From: Gammaproteobacteria bacterium
Lineage (GTDB): Bacteria; Pseudomonadota; Gammaproteobacteria; UBA4575
Assembly: GCA_045105815.1 (NCBI GenBank)
Contig: JBGCDX010000098.1
Span: 5,440-69,439, forward strand
Direction: 5' to 3'
DNA length: 64,000 bases
The position numbers were made by a program, and so were the translations under genes. Below the pieces are notes generated by a model. That model did no database searches, was not told the DNA's origin, and saw nothing but the letters and a program-made list of their open reading frames with translations. Of the stretch, positions 38,129 through 50,557 are shown one piece after another (within the stretch, counting starts at the first letter, position 1; the number at the start of each line of letters is the position of its first letter).

Positions 38129-41100
38129 ATGAGAATATTTAATAAGCCCACCCCTACACAATCTAATCAAGGGTTATATGACCCTGCATACGAATCTGAT
38201 GCTTGTGGCGTTGGATTTGTCGTCGATATTAAAGGCCGCAAGTCACACAAGATCGTAGAAAACGCGGTAACCATACTTAAAAACTTAATCCATCGTGGCG
38301 CATGTGGTTGTGAAGAAAACACTGGAGATGGCGTAGGCATGCTTACCCAGCTACCGCATAAATTCTTTGTGCGTGTATGTAAAGATATAGGTTTTGATTT
38401 ACCAGAATTTGGTCATTATGGCGCAGGGATGGTGTTTTTGCCGAATGACGCTACGCAACAAAATCACTGTATTGAAGAATTCCATAAAATCATTAAGCAA
38501 GAAGGTCAGCAGTTATTAGGTTGGCGTGATGTGCCTATCAATTCTTCATCTCTCGGCTCAATGGCTAAAGATGGCGAACCAACATTTAAACAAATTTTTA
38601 TTGGTCGCAGTTCAGATATAAATGATGAATTATCCTTTGAACGTAAACTTTATGTAATTCGCAAACGAATTGAACATACTATATACAATAATTTAGAACT
38701 TACTGAACGTGAGCGTTTTTACATCCCTTCACTCTCACACCGCACCTGTGTTTATAAAGGCATGCTCACAGGCTCACAATTTCAACCTATGTTTCCTGAT
38801 GTTTCAGATCCTGACTTTGAATCTGCCATGGCATTGGTACACCAACGTTTTTCAACAAATACTTTCCCAGCATGGGAACTTGCTCATCCGTTTCGCTATG
38901 TAGCGCATAACGGAGAAATTAATACCGCACGTGGCAATGCAAACTGGATGCGAGCTCGCGAACCATTATGTAAATCAGATTTATTTGGTGATGATTTAGA
39001 AAAATTATTTCCTATCGTTCAAGAAGGTGGAAGTGATTCACTAACTTTTGACAATGTGATGGAATTTTTGCACATGAGTGGACGTCCGCTATCACATGCA
39101 GTGTTAATGATGATCCCAGAGGCCTGGAGCGGACATGAAACGATGGACCCCGCTCGTAAAGCATTTTATGAATATCATGCTTGTTTAATGGAGCCATGGG
39201 ATGGGCCAGCCTCTATTGCCTTCACCGATGGCAATGTCATGGGAGCAGTACTAGATCGTAATGGTCTGCGTCCTTCCCGTTATTACGTAACCAAAGATGA
39301 CATGGTTATTATGGCCTCTGAAGTCGGTGTACTCGATATTCCACCTGAGAATATTTTAATCAAAGACCGGTTACATCCTGGTCGTATCTTTATGGTGGAT
39401 ACCGTACAAGGTCGCATCATTGATGACGAGGAAATCAAAAAAGAATTTGCTGAACAACATCCTTATGAACAATGGCTAAAAGATAACTTAGTAGCCTTAG
39501 AAGACTTACCTGCACCTAAAAATGTAGCTACAGACAACGAAGATACACTATTACAGCGTCAGCAAGCATTTGGTTATACGCATGAAGACTTACGCGTACT
39601 TATGGCACCTATGGCTGCGAATGGTTTAGAACCCACAGGTTCAATGGGCACTGATGCAGCGCTAGCCGTATTATCGAATCGATCACGATTGCTATATGAC
39701 TACTTTAAGCAGTTATTCGCACAGGTTACCAATCCCCCTTTAGATGGCATTCGAGAGGAATTAGTTACACAAGTTGCTACGACAGTAGGTCCTGAGAAAA
39801 ATCTATTAGAGGCTACTGCAGATAGTTGCAAACAAGTTAGATTACCTTCACCTATTCTTACTAATGATGGTTTAGCACGTATACGTGAAATAACAGATGC
39901 TGGCTTAAAAGCTATAACTATACCTATCGTATACCCTGTTGCTAATTCAGGCGCAGGATTAGATAAAGCACTAACCAGTGTATTTGCAGATATCGATAAA
40001 GCGATTGCAGAAGGTTATACGAATATTATTCTTTCGGATCGTGGAATTACTCAAGAACTAGCCGCAATCCCAGCGCTATTAGCTACTGCAGGTGTGCACC
40101 ATCATTTAATACGTACTGGTGCGCGAACAAAAGTAGGATTAATTCTTGAATCAGGCGAACCACGAGAAATTCATCATTTTGCAGTATTAATTGGTTATGG
40201 CATTGGTGCTATTAATCCATATCTTGCACTTGAATCACTAGGCGACATGATTGGCAAAGGTCATTTGCCAGAAATGCCAATTGAAAAAGCTGTGCAAAAC
40301 TATACTAAAGCGATCAACAAAGGCTTAACCAAGACCATGGCGAAGATGGGTATTTCTACCGTTCAGTCTTATCGAGGTGCACAGGTATTTGAAGCGATCG
40401 GTCTTAATAAAGAATTTGTTGATAAATTTTTCACTTGGACTGCTTCACGTATTGGTGGCATTGGTTTAGAAGAAGTTGCCAAGGAAATGAGTATTCGACA
40501 TCACAATGCATTCCCTGATCGTGCAGCCAAACGCCCTAACCTAGATTGGGGTGGTGAATATCAATGGCGACGTGATGGTGAGTATCATTTATTTAACCCA
40601 GATACCGTTTTCAAGCTGCAACATTCAACGCGTTCTGGACAATTCAGTGTATTTAAAGAATATACAGATAAAGTTAATGAACAAAATGAACACCTAGCCA
40701 CCTTACGCGGCTTGTTTGATTTTAAGTTTGCAGATAATGCAATTCCTTTAGAAGAAGTTGAGCCGATTGAAAATATCATGAAACGGTTTTCAACAGGTGC
40801 TATGTCTTATGGATCAATCAGTAAGCAAGCCCATGAAACCTTAGCGATTGCGATGAATCGCATTGGCGGTAAATCAAATACTGGTGAAGGTGGTGAAGAT
40901 GCAGATCGATTCACACCAGATGAAAATGGAGACTCTAGAAGAAGTTCAATCAAGCAAGTAGCATCTGGGCGCTTTGGTGTAACCAGTGAGTATTTAGTAA
41001 ATGCTGATGATATCCAAATTAAGATGGCGCAGGGCGCAAAACCTGGTGAAGGTGGCCAACTGCCAGGCACCAAAGTGTATCCATGGATTGCAAAAGTACG

Positions 41101-42706
41101 CGGCTCTACTGCCGGAGTTGGATTAATTTCCCCTCCTCCACACCACGATATTTATTCTATTGAAGATTTAGCACAACTGATACACGACTTGAAGAATTCA
41201 AACCCTAAAGCACGTATTCATGTAAAACTTGTGGCTGAAGTCGGTGTAGGTACCGTTGCAGCAGGCGTAGCAAAAGCTCATTCAGATGTTGTACTCGTCT
41301 CAGGTTACGATGGCGGTACCGGCGCATCACCTATGAGTTCATTAAAACATGCTGGACTACCATGGGAATTAGGCTTAGCTGAAACACAACAAGTACTAAT
41401 GATGAATGGATTGCGTGATCGCATCGTTGTACAAACAGATGGGCAACTAAAAACTGGGCGTGATGTTATCGTTGCAGCTTTACTAGGAGCTGAAGAATTT
41501 GGCTTCTCAACCGCCCCACTGGTAGTGATGGGTTGCATCATGATGCGAGTGTGCCACTTAAACACTTGCCCTGTAGGTGTAGCAACACAAAACCCAGAAC
41601 TTACTAAGAAATTTGCAGGGCAACCAGAATTTGTTGAAAACTTCTTTAAGTTTATTGCTGAAGAAGTACGTGAATATATGGCTAAACTTGGCTTCAGAAC
41701 TGTTAATGAAATGATCGGTCAAGTGAAGCGGTTAAATGTGAAAAACGCGGTTGATCACTGGAAAGCGCGCGGACTAGATTTTAGTAACATCTTGCATGAA
41801 CCTGCTAACCCAATGAACAACAAAGCTTATTGTGTTAATCAACAAGACCATGGTCTTGACCAATCTTTGGATGTTACTCAACTAGTACCACAGTGCAAAA
41901 ATGCAATTGAAAACAGTAAGAGTGTCGAAGTCTCACTTGAGGTTAAAAACATTCATCGTTCAGTAGGCACTATATTGGGTTACAACATTACCAAACGTTA
42001 CGGTGCTTCAGGACTACCAGAAGATACTATTAAAGCTCACTTCCATGGATCAGCCGGCATGAGCTTTGGTGCCTTTGTACCTAAAGGCGTCACCATGACA
42101 CTAGAAGGTGATGCGAATGACTATCTAGGAAAAGGTTTGTCTGGTGGAAAAATTATAGTTTACCCTTCAAGCAAGTCATCATTTGTTCCAGAGGAAAACA
42201 CGATTGTTGGCAACGTATTATTATATGGAGCAACTTCTGGAGAAGCATATATTCGTGGCATTGCAGGTGAACGTTTTTGCGTTCGTAACAGCGGTGTCCA
42301 CACAGTGGTAGAAGGTATAGGTGACCATGGTTGTGAATACATGACGGGTGGACGTGTAGTTGTAATTGGGCCTACCGGTCGTAACTTTGCAGCGGGAATG
42401 TCTGGTGGCGAAGCATATGTGTTAGCCAATAAAGAAGAGTTTAAAATATTGTGCAACCTAGATATGGTTGATCTTGATGAACTTGACGATGAAGATAAGG
42501 AAGTAGTTAAAAGCTTACTTACTAATCATAGTAATTACACCAAGAGCACCGTGGCTAGCAATATTTTAGATAACTGGAATGAATATCAAAATAGATTTAT
42601 TAAAGTAATGCCAAAAGATTATAAACGTGTACTGGCTGCTATTAAGAAAGCAGAAGTAGAAGGGACCTCAGTCGATGAGGCAGTAATGGAGGCGGCTCAT
42701 GGCTAA
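38129..42706 (+). CDS. gltB: Glutamate synthase (NADPH) large subunit
   Basis: 1525 aa. Ntn amidotransferase start CGVGFV. FMN and 3Fe-4S regions. C-terminal GXGXG beta-helix domain. Confidence 0.97.
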   Translation: MRIFNKPTPTQSNQGLYDPAYESDACGVGFVVDIKGRKSHKIVENAVTILKNLIHRGACGCEENTGDGVGMLTQLPHKFFVRVCKDIGFDLPEFGHYGAGMVFLPNDATQQNHCIEEFHKIIKQEGQQLLGWRDVPINSSSLGSMAKDGEPTFKQIFIGRSSDINDELSFERKLYVIRKRIEHTIYNNLELTERERFYIPSLSHRTCVYKGMLTGSQFQPMFPDVSDPDFESAMALVHQRFSTNTFPAWELAHPFRYVAHNGEINTARGNANWMRAREPLCKSDLFGDDLEKLFPIVQEGGSDSLTFDNVMEFLHMSGRPLSHAVLMMIPEAWSGHETMDPARKAFYEYHACLMEPWDGPASIAFTDGNVMGAVLDRNGLRPSRYYVTKDDMVIMASEVGVLDIPPENILIKDRLHPGRIFMVDTVQGRIIDDEEIKKEFAEQHPYEQWLKDNLVALEDLPAPKNVATDNEDTLLQRQQAFGYTHEDLRVLMAPMAANGLEPTGSMGTDAALAVLSNRSRLLYDYFKQLFAQVTNPPLDGIREELVTQVATTVGPEKNLLEATADSCKQVRLPSPILTNDGLARIREITDAGLKAITIPIVYPVANSGAGLDKALTSVFADIDKAIAEGYTNIILSDRGITQELAAIPALLATAGVHHHLIRTGARTKVGLILESGEPREIHHFAVLIGYGIGAINPYLALESLGDMIGKGHLPEMPIEKAVQNYTKAINKGLTKTMAKMGISTVQSYRGAQVFEAIGLNKEFVDKFFTWTASRIGGIGLEEVAKEMSIRHHNAFPDRAAKRPNLDWGGEYQWRRDGEYHLFNPDTVFKLQHSTRSGQFSVFKEYTDKVNEQNEHLATLRGLFDFKFADNAIPLEEVEPIENIMKRFSTGAMSYGSISKQAHETLAIAMNRIGGKSNTGEGGEDADRFTPDENGDSRRSSIKQVASGRFGVTSEYLVNADDIQIKMAQGAKPGEGGQLPGTKVYPWIAKVRGSTAGVGLISPPPHHDIYSIEDLAQLIHDLKNSNPKARIHVKLVAEVGVGTVAAGVAKAHSDVVLVSGYDGGTGASPMSSLKHAGLPWELGLAETQQVLMMNGLRDRIVVQTDGQLKTGRDVIVAALLGAEEFGFSTAPLVVMGCIMMRVCHLNTCPVGVATQNPELTKKFAGQPEFVENFFKFIAEEVREYMAKLGFRTVNEMIGQVKRLNVKNAVDHWKARGLDFSNILHEPANPMNNKAYCVNQQDHGLDQSLDVTQLVPQCKNAIENSKSVEVSLEVKNIHRSVGTILGYNITKRYGASGLPEDTIKAHFHGSAGMSFGAFVPKGVTMTLEGDANDYLGKGLSGGKIIVYPSSKSSFVPEENTIVGNVLLYGATSGEAYIRGIAGERFCVRNSGVHTVVEGIGDHGCEYMTGGRVVVIGPTGRNFAAGMSGGEAYVLANKEEFKILCNLDMVDLDELDDEDKEVVKSLLTNHSNYTKSTVASNILDNWNEYQNRFIKVMPKDYKRVLAAIKKAEVEGTSVDEAVMEAAHG

Positions 42707-44162
42707 AGTTACTGGATTTATGGAATACCATCGAGCGAAACAACCGTATCGCCCTGTAGAAGTACGTCTAAATGACTGGAGCCAGGTAATGGCGCCGTGG
42801 GATATAAAACCATTACAAGATCAAGCTGCGCGCTGCATGGATTGTGGTATACCGTTTTGTCATCAAGGTTGTCCACTAGGTAATTTAATCCCAGATTGGA
42901 ATGACTTGGTCTATCGAGATCAATGGGAAGAAGCTATCGAGCGTTTACACGCAACCAATAATTTTCCTGAATTCACAGGGACACTATGCCCTGCACCATG
43001 CGAAGGATCTTGTGTGCTTGGTATCAATGATGACCCAGTAACCATCAAAGGGGTAGAACTTACTATAATTGATAAAGCATTCGAAAATGGCTGGGTACAT
43101 CCTCAAATTGCAGAAAATAAAACAAACAAAAAAGTTGCCATTGTAGGCTCTGGTCCAGCTGGACTAGCAGCAGCACAACAGCTTGCAAGAGCCGGTCATG
43201 ATGTAACCGTATTTGAACGTGCCGACCGCATCGGTGGTTTATTACGTTATGGTATTCCAGAATTTAAGATGGAAAAGAAAGTAATCGATCGCCGTATGAA
43301 GCAAATGATTGCTGAAGGTGTAACCTTTAAAACCAACACCCACGTGGGTGAAAATATTTCAGTTAGCGATCTTCGTAATAATTTTGATGCATTAGTACTC
43401 ACTGGTGGTGCATGCGCAGCACGGGATTTACCAGCTGAAGGCCGTGAACTCAATGGCATCCATCAAGCCATGGAGTTTTTACCCATGCAGAATAAAATTT
43501 GTGAAGGTGATGATGAGCCAAACGGTTTTATTAACGCCAAAGACAAGCATGTAGTAATTATAGGTGGCGGTGATACTGGTGCAGATTGTTTGGGCACCTC
43601 CAATCGCCATGGTGCAAAGTCTGTACATCAACTGGAGATCATGCCGAAGCCTCCGGAAGTTCGTGGAACAGACAATCCATGGCCTGAATGGCCTCGCATT
43701 TTCCGCACCGCTTCTGCTCATGAGGAAGGTGTTGAACGTGTGTACTCTGTTTCTACTAAGCGATTTGTTGATGATGGCAGCGGAAACGTAAAAGCATTAG
43801 ACCTCATCACCGTCGAAATCAAAAATGACAATGGTCGAATGAGTTTTGAAGAAGTAGCAGGTAGCGAACAAACTATACCTTGTGACTTAGCTTTACTAGC
43901 TATGGGTTTTGTTGGCCCTGAGAAACCAGGCATGCTAGAACAACTTGATGTTGAACTTGATGCACGTGGTAACGTAATTTGTGATCCAAACTGGATGACC
44001 AATGTAGACGGTGTGTTCACAGCAGGTGATATGCAACGCGGACAAAGTCTAATTGTATGGGCGATTGCCGAAGGACGCTCAGCTGCTCAAGCTGTAGACA
44101 CTTACCTAATGGGCAACAGTGACCTACCTGCGCCTGTAGAACCTAGCAGCAGAGCTCAATAA
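42699..44162 (+). CDS. gltD: Glutamate synthase small subunit
   Basis: 487 aa. Cys clusters for 4Fe-4S. FAD/NADPH Rossmann motifs [11 protein letters not shown] and [10 protein letters not shown]. Overlaps the gltB stop by 8 nt. Confidence 0.97.
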   Translation: MAKVTGFMEYHRAKQPYRPVEVRLNDWSQVMAPWDIKPLQDQAARCMDCGIPFCHQGCPLGNLIPDWNDLVYRDQWEEAIERLHATNNFPEFTGTLCPAPCEGSCVLGINDDPVTIKGVELTIIDKAFENGWVHPQIAENKTNKKVAIVGSGPAGLAAAQQLARAGHDVTVFERADRIGGLLRYGIPEFKMEKKVIDRRMKQMIAEGVTFKTNTHVGENISVSDLRNNFDALVLTGGACAARDLPAEGRELNGIHQAMEFLPMQNKICEGDDEPNGFINAKDKHVVIIGGGDTGADCLGTSNRHGAKSVHQLEIMPKPPEVRGTDNPWPEWPRIFRTASAHEEGVERVYSVSTKRFVDDGSGNVKALDLITVEIKNDNGRMSFEEVAGSEQTIPCDLALLAMGFVGPEKPGMLEQLDVELDARGNVICDPNWMTNVDGVFTAGDMQRGQSLIVWAIAEGRSAAQAVDTYLMGNSDLPAPVEPSSRAQ

Positions 44163-44189
44163 TACTTCTTAAAATACTGTGTACGGAGG

Positions 44190-44615
44190 ATGCTTTTTTT
44201 GAATAAGCATCAGTTTGTTACATTGCTAGCGTTCTTATTGCTAGCTTGCATGATAATCGGTTCTACATATTTAGTCCTTAACTATGGCTGGCTTAATTCC
44301 TTATTGTCTAGCAGCGCTTTAATAGCTATCAGTTTAATCTTATTTTTAACTTACAAAAAAATTCGCTTTTCACGTCTGTATAAAAAATACCGCGACAAAG
44401 AACTTGTTAAAAAGATAATGAAGCGCACTCTTTGGCAAGGACAAACTGCTGAACAAGTTATTGATGCTCTAGGAAAGCCTAAAGATATAGACCGAAAAGT
44501 ATTAAAAACTAAAACCAAAGAAATCTGGAAATATTTCCCATCTGGACACAGGCAATATGACCTTCGCATTACTCTTGATAACGATGAAGTGGTTGGTTGG
44601 GACGACAAACTCTGA
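44190..44615 (+). CDS. Hypothetical two-TM membrane protein
   Basis: 141 aa. RBS ACGGAGGA. Begins 27 nt after gltD. Confidence 0.5.
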   Translation: MLFLNKHQFVTLLAFLLLACMIIGSTYLVLNYGWLNSLLSSSALIAISLILFLTYKKIRFSRLYKKYRDKELVKKIMKRTLWQGQTAEQVIDALGKPKDIDRKVLKTKTKEIWKYFPSGHRQYDLRITLDNDEVVGWDDKL

Positions 44616-44842
44616 TTTTTTATCCCCTAGTTCTCGCCCCAAATTCTGTCAATTCTTTAAATAAACATTAAAATTCTGCATAGATACTTTTAAATCGTTA
44701 GAGCTTGACCGCCTGTCCACTCACATGAAGTAGTCATCATCTTATTATAAATATAAGCTTAATAAGTCACCTAAAATACCGTTTAACTAGGCAATGATTC
44801 ATATATAACTAATCAGCTTAAAAGGAAGTTTGTTAAACACAT

Positions 44843-47314
44843 ATGGCTGATACTGCGCCAATCGATATCATTTTCAGAACCAAACTGAAGCTACTTGCCG
44901 AACAAACTGTTACCGGCATTACTGCAACATTGATAACAAGTTTCCCATTAGTGCTAATGCTCTGGAATGTAACTGAGCATAGTACTTTGCTTAAATGGCT
45001 TACCTGCGTTGTAATACTATCCGCGCTTCGTTACGCACATATTTATTACTATTACAAAAAAAAACCTGACACCGTTATACATTGCAAAACGTGGAGATTA
45101 CTTTTTTATTCTAGTTTTGCCTTATCTGGCCTGACCTGGAGCTTAAGCATTGTTCTACTCGCACCCAAAGAAAGCATTGGTTTTTTTGCCGCAAATATAT
45201 TGTGGGTATGTGCAATTATTGCCGGGGCCATAGGCTCTTATTCATTCTTGAAAAGAATCTTTATTTCATTTTCTTTAGCTGCCTGCTTGCCTAGCATTGT
45301 TTATCTATTCATTATCGGAGACAACATCTATACAAGCATGGCCATAGGTGTAAGTGTCGCATGCGGGTATATGATATTGTCATCTTATAATTTAAATAAG
45401 GTGATCAACATAAATATCACAAATACTGTCAATGAAGTAAATAAAAGCAAAAAACTCAGCAAGCAAAAGAATATTCTAAATTCAATTGCTGAGGCAGCAG
45501 AATTTCTACTCGAAGACTCCTGGGAAAACTCTACACATGACTTCTTAAAAAAATTAGGCACGAGTATTAATGTAAGTCGTATCCAAATATTTGAAAACAC
45601 TTTAGATTATGAGATGGGTTGTTTTACACCAAATGCGAGATTTCATTGGTATTCAAAATCTTCACCTCATTACAACATATCAAACAAACTTGCTACATAT
45701 GAAGAACTCAATCTTACCAGGTGGAAAGAAAAACTCTCTATGGGAGAAAGTATTTATGGGAATATAGACTCCTTTCCAGAGGAAGAGCGCATATTTTTAC
45801 AGGCAATTAATATTCAATCATTATTTATTTTGCCTATTTTTGTTGGCAATGAATGGTGGGGGTTCATTTCTTTTGATGAGTGCAAATCTAGCCGCACATG
45901 GGATGATGAAGAAATTGATGCTCTGAAAACTGCAGCTGCCGTTATTGGTGCTGCCATCAAAAGAACCTGGGATGAAAATAAATTAAGTTATCACGCAAGT
46001 CATGATTCACTCACCAGCTTACATAACAGAAGAGCCTTCGAAGTTGAATTAAAAAGATTAATTCAAATCTGTGAACGTGATTTTGTTGAGCATATACTAT
46101 GTTATATAGATTTAGATAGATTCAAAATAATTAATGATACTTGTGGGCATAATGCTGGCGACGAGCTCTTATGTAAGTTAAGTGAGGTTATGAAGAAGTC
46201 ATTAAGAAAAGGTGATTTTCTTGCTCGTATTGGTGGAGATGAGTTTGCAGTTTTACTTGAGAATATATCAATCGATGAAGCCAAAAATGCGATTAAGACA
46301 TTACAATTATCAATTGATAAATACACATTTCATTACAACAATAATACTTTCAGAGTTGGTGCAAGTATAGGAATAGTACCCGTTAACACAAACTGTATTG
46401 ATCCAGATAAGATCTTACAAGCAGCAGACAATGCATGCAGAGCTGCAAAACAATCAAATACGAATCAAATTCGTATATATAATGTAGATGATTCTGCAAT
46501 TAGTGACCAAAAAATTAATTCTCAATCATATATACATATAAATAGAGCGCTTGAAAACGATAAATTTACACTACTATTTCAGCCTATATGTAAAACAATT
46601 GCAGTTAATGAGAAATGGGATAAATTTGAAGTTTTAATAAGAATGCATGGTGACAATGGAACTCTTATTTCACCAAACCGATTTTTACCAACTGCTGAAC
46701 GATTTAATCTAATTCAAAAAATTGATCGTTGGGTTTTCAGAGCCAGTATCAAGAAACTATCAAAACATGTAGATCTCTATAATCATGTTGATTCACTTTC
46801 AATCAATATATCTGGCGCGACATTATGTGAGCCAACTTTCAGAAACTTTGTAACTACAATATTCAAAGAATATGAAGTGCCCGCTGAGAAGATTTGTTTC
46901 GAAATTACTGAAACAGCAGCTGTGTCCAATTTAATGGAAGCTAATAATTTTATTAATTGTTTGCGTAATTTAGGATGTAAATTTGCATTAGATGATTTCG
47001 GCACAGGTTTTTCATCTTTTGATAATTTGAAAAATCTACCTGTCGATTTTGTAAAAATCGACGGATCATTTATAAGGGAGATAAATACCAACCCTATTGA
47101 TTATGAGATGGTAAGTTCATTGCATAGGATTGCTAAAATAATGCAGATTGAAACCGTTGCAGAATTTGTAGAGAGTCAAGATATTTTAGATACTTTAGAA
47201 AACATCGGGATTACATATGTACAAGGATATGAAATCAGTAAGCCACTACAATTACATGAACTCCTTGATCCTAACCACAGAAACATAGCACTTACTAACA
47301 CTAATGTTGCTTAG
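44843..47314 (+). CDS. Membrane-bound GAF-GGDEF-EAL c-di-GMP signalling protein
   Basis: 823 aa with about 8 N-terminal TM helices and a GAF-like region. Intact RIGGDEF. EAL domain with EVLIRM and DDFGTG. Confidence 0.9.
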   Translation: MADTAPIDIIFRTKLKLLAEQTVTGITATLITSFPLVLMLWNVTEHSTLLKWLTCVVILSALRYAHIYYYYKKKPDTVIHCKTWRLLFYSSFALSGLTWSLSIVLLAPKESIGFFAANILWVCAIIAGAIGSYSFLKRIFISFSLAACLPSIVYLFIIGDNIYTSMAIGVSVACGYMILSSYNLNKVININITNTVNEVNKSKKLSKQKNILNSIAEAAEFLLEDSWENSTHDFLKKLGTSINVSRIQIFENTLDYEMGCFTPNARFHWYSKSSPHYNISNKLATYEELNLTRWKEKLSMGESIYGNIDSFPEEERIFLQAINIQSLFILPIFVGNEWWGFISFDECKSSRTWDDEEIDALKTAAAVIGAAIKRTWDENKLSYHASHDSLTSLHNRRAFEVELKRLIQICERDFVEHILCYIDLDRFKIINDTCGHNAGDELLCKLSEVMKKSLRKGDFLARIGGDEFAVLLENISIDEAKNAIKTLQLSIDKYTFHYNNNTFRVGASIGIVPVNTNCIDPDKILQAADNACRAAKQSNTNQIRIYNVDDSAISDQKINSQSYIHINRALENDKFTLLFQPICKTIAVNEKWDKFEVLIRMHGDNGTLISPNRFLPTAERFNLIQKIDRWVFRASIKKLSKHVDLYNHVDSLSINISGATLCEPTFRNFVTTIFKEYEVPAEKICFEITETAAVSNLMEANNFINCLRNLGCKFALDDFGTGFSSFDNLKNLPVDFVKIDGSFIREINTNPIDYEMVSSLHRIAKIMQIETVAEFVESQDILDTLENIGITYVQGYEISKPLQLHELLDPNHRNIALTNTNVA

Positions 47315-47503
47315 CAAGATTTACAAAATTAATATCATTGTGCCAGTAACTTGACACTACTTTAAAATTTTCTAAGCCTCGTTGCATTGGCGATTATTTT
47401 AACAGTTACCGTTTATCTGTTTTTTCAAACCACTTATTTCTATCATTCTTTACCTATATCTACAGATGATTAACGCTAGCATCGCTCAACTAGAGGAGAG
47501 AGC

Positions 47504-47674
47504 ATGGCACATTTTCAAGAACGAAGAACAGGTGGCGATCGCCGTCAATTCGAAGGGCAAGATAGAAGAAAGAATACTAAGCGACGTGAAAATACCGAAA
47601 CAAATTTAGAATTTATTGAGCGTGCGAGGTTCAAAGCGTGGTTAGTGATGACCGATAAAGACACACAGAATTAA
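47504..47674 (+). CDS. Possible small basic protein (56 aa) with RRxxGDRRQ...DRR motifs
   Basis: Strong RBS GAGGAGAGAG 5 nt upstream. Shorter than the ORF-track cutoff. Its stop lies in the loop of a 13-bp inverted repeat (47648-47697). Confidence 0.3.
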   Translation: MAHFQERRTGGDRRQFEGQDRRKNTKRRENTETNLEFIERARFKAWLVMTDKDTQN

Positions 47675-47810
47675 TTATACTTTTGCCTTTATCGGTCATT
47701 CCTAATTAACAAAATCAAAATTTCAGGCAACCTCTACAGTCCCTAAGCTTAGTCAGCCCATTTGTCGGGCGCGGTAAACATAAGCCATACTCATATTGCA
47801 TCATGCACTC

Positions 47811-48194
47811 ATGAAGCAGACGATATTAAAATTCATTTTACCTTGGATAACTGTTATCGCACTATTTGTATCTGGCTTTTATTTATCTACTCAACATGAG
47901 AAGCCCATTACAAATCACATGACTACAGCCTTTAATGACACTGTTAATAAAAGTCAGATCAATGATAAGGATATTTCTGTAAGAAAAAAACTAATTAATG
48001 ATTTTGAAATTGCTTTTCTTAAGCAATATACACCTCTCCTAGGCTGCAAAGTGCTCGATAATGAAGTGAAATCAGGTAAGTGTGGTCGGCACTTAGAACA
48101 GGCAAAGAATGATTTCAAGCAACAATTTATAAAAAACCGTGGTTTACCTAAAAATACTTTTGAGGAACTTAAGTTAAGTTTTTTAGAACAATAG
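47811..48194 (+). CDS. Hypothetical protein with N-terminal TM anchor
   Basis: The ORF begins at a TTG (47796). The first ATG gives MKQTILKFILPWITVIALFVSGFYLS. Confidence 0.45.
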   Translation: MKQTILKFILPWITVIALFVSGFYLSTQHEKPITNHMTTAFNDTVNKSQINDKDISVRKKLINDFEIAFLKQYTPLLGCKVLDNEVKSGKCGRHLEQAKNDFKQQFIKNRGLPKNTFEELKLSFLEQ

Positions 48195-48221
48195 CAAGTA
48201 AGCGATAAGAGTTAAAACTTA

Positions 48222-49385
48222 TCACTTAGTCTTTATAATCATACCTTTACCAATAAGTATCATACGTATTACACGTTCCGCAGCATTTGCAAGATCTTGC
48301 TTAGAATTTTTTATAGCCATTTCAAAGGTCATATCTTTTGCCGCAGCGCTTTCAATACCATCAATACCATGCTCAAACACTTGTCTAGCATCATCTGACA
48401 AAGCACCACCTATAGCTACCACAGGTACTTTATGGGCCTTAGCAACTTTAGCTACACCAGAAGGTGTTTTCCCGAAAGCAGTTTGAAAATCTACACGACC
48501 CTCGCCCGTCAACACTAGATCTGCACCTTTAATATATTTTGCAAGATTAGTAGCTTTGACAACAATGCTAATTCCACTTTCTAAGCTAGCTCCTGCGAAT
48601 GCAACTAAACCAGCACCTAAACCACCTGCCGCACCTGCACCTGGCATTCGACCAACATCTTGTTTTAAATCACGTTTGATTAATTTACTTAAGCTTTTTA
48701 AATTTTCATCTAATTGTAAAACCATTTTAGGATTAGCGCCTTTTTGCGGTCCAAAAACATGTGACGCACCTTTTTTCCCAAATAGAGGGTTTTCAACATC
48801 GCATGCTACAACGATATTTGTTTTAGCAATACGTGGGTCGATTCCTTGTATATCAATACTAGAAACTTTTGCAATCATTCCGCCAGACCCAAGTTCTTTA
48901 ATCTCTTTACCACGAGCATTTAAAAAGCTCACACCGAGGGCTTGAGCCATACCAACACCACCATCATTTGTAGCTGAGCCACCAATACCGATGATGATCT
49001 TTTTAGCACCCTTGTTAATAGCATCAATAATAAGCTGACCTGTACCATAAGTAGTCGTTTTTAATGGGTTTTTCTCACGACCTTTCACCAGCGGCAAACC
49101 TGATGCTTCTGCCATCTCAATTACTGCCGTCTTGTCTTTGGCTAGCCAACCATATTTTGCAGTAACGAGCTTACCTGCAGGACCTTTAACTCGTTTAGAT
49201 ACAAACTTACCATTTGCTGCATCTACCATAGATTGAACTGTGCCCTCGCCACCATCAGCCATAGGCACTTTTATGCATTTAACTTTTGGCAAAACACGTT
49301 TAATGCCTTTCTCTAAACAATTTGCTACTTCTAACGAGGTAAGATTTCCTTTAAAAGAATCAGGAGCAATAACAATCTTTTTCAT
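48222..49385 (-). CDS. Glycerate kinase (GarK/GlxK family)
   Basis: 387 aa. The N-terminus MKKIVIAPDSFKGNLTSLEVANCLEKGI is characteristic of glycerate kinases. Confidence 0.9.
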   Translation of the reverse strand: MKKIVIAPDSFKGNLTSLEVANCLEKGIKRVLPKVKCIKVPMADGGEGTVQSMVDAANGKFVSKRVKGPAGKLVTAKYGWLAKDKTAVIEMAEASGLPLVKGREKNPLKTTTYGTGQLIIDAINKGAKKIIIGIGGSATNDGGVGMAQALGVSFLNARGKEIKELGSGGMIAKVSSIDIQGIDPRIAKTNIVVACDVENPLFGKKGASHVFGPQKGANPKMVLQLDENLKSLSKLIKRDLKQDVGRMPGAGAAGGLGAGLVAFAGASLESGISIVVKATNLAKYIKGADLVLTGEGRVDFQTAFGKTPSGVAKVAKAHKVPVVAIGGALSDDARQVFEHGIDGIESAAAKDMTFEMAIKNSKQDLANAAERVIRMILIGKGMIIKTK

Positions 49386-49461
49386 AATGAATTATTTTTC
49401 TAAAGTTCAAGGGATATTATATAAGAGCTAGCTATTAAAGCTATATCGTCAAGAAGTAATA

Positions 49462-50433
49462 CTATTTATTGCGTGCCATATAGGCCAACTCAGAATCGGC
49501 GTGTAATAAAGAAGAAAAGTCCTCCTCTTCATCACGATACTTTACGACTAGATGATCAATACGTGAGGCTTCATGTGCTTGTGGATAAGACAACATAGTA
49601 TCCATACGACCTAAATTATGCAAAAGCTCTCCTGCTTTAGCGGGGAATATTGTTTCAATCCGCGTACCAATTTTCTGCTGATAATGCTGATCAATATGTT
49701 CAACTAAGGTGGTTGTACAATTATCTCGTAATGTACGATAAAACTTTGGCTCATCATGCAAAGCATTTGCAGATTTCACCAAATCCTTAAACAGTGAAAC
49801 AATAAATTTTTCATCTGCTTTAATAGGGTATAGATGAAGCGCTGACCCTCGTTCTAGTGCGCGCAAGGATAAAAGATCTTTTTCAGCCCCAAAAATATAA
49901 ATTAACTCAAATTGACGCAAAGCACCTGCAATCAAACTATATTCTTCAAGCACTTCTTTTCTAGCTTCAACTGAAATTATAATATGACCTTGTTCCCCAA
50001 ATCCAAAGTCAAGCATTGTATGCGCCATAAGTTTTGAATCATTAAATGGTTCTACAATGAGGGCAAGACTATTAAGCTTTGTTAAGTCGTACTTTCTGTT
50101 TTCCCAACTAGTCGTTACCCTATCTCCATGCCATGAAGCATTGCGAAAATTTTGCACAACAATTGTTTCATTATTGATCACAATTTTAGGTAAATTAGCT
50201 ACCTCAGTATGCCATTCTCGATTATTGCTAGCTTGTATTGTCGACAACCAAACCAAAAGCCCAACTAACATTACTGATGGAAATAAATTAACCAAAGGTT
50301 TTCTCCTAAACCTAATTAATACCATCGCACCTATTATAAAAATAAATAAACTAAGTTTGCTAGATATATTCAAAAAATGTTGCAACATCAATACATTCAT
50401 TACCCAAACAAGAAGCAACACAATTTGTTTCAT
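49462..50433 (-). CDS. Hypothetical membrane-anchored protein (possibly DUF4105-like)
   Basis: The ORF begins at a TTG (50445). The ATG at 50433 gives MKQIVLLLVWVMNVLM. Two N-terminal TM segments and a soluble C-terminal domain. Confidence 0.5.
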   Translation of the reverse strand: MKQIVLLLVWVMNVLMLQHFLNISSKLSLFIFIIGAMVLIRFRRKPLVNLFPSVMLVGLLVWLSTIQASNNREWHTEVANLPKIVINNETIVVQNFRNASWHGDRVTTSWENRKYDLTKLNSLALIVEPFNDSKLMAHTMLDFGFGEQGHIIISVEARKEVLEEYSLIAGALRQFELIYIFGAEKDLLSLRALERGSALHLYPIKADEKFIVSLFKDLVKSANALHDEPKFYRTLRDNCTTTLVEHIDQHYQQKIGTRIETIFPAKAGELLHNLGRMDTMLSYPQAHEASRIDHLVVKYRDEEEDFSSLLHADSELAYMARNK

Positions 50434-50557
50434 GATGTATTTCAAAAAAATGATGATTGAATATTGTACCTGTATTAAGCTTTACAAGCTCAAAAGGTAT
50501 CAGTAGAAAACTGGAAATTATGATATACCCAACAAAATTTTAGTTAGGCAATATAAG

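Noticed and set aside
38709-42456. Several 60-100 aa ORFs on both strands inside gltB (e.g. 38709-38903, 40807-41073, 41305-41565, 42160-42456)
   Set aside because: They lie entirely within the gltB coding sequence. That frame is validated by homology over its whole length, and the internal ORFs have no RBS and no conservation logic.
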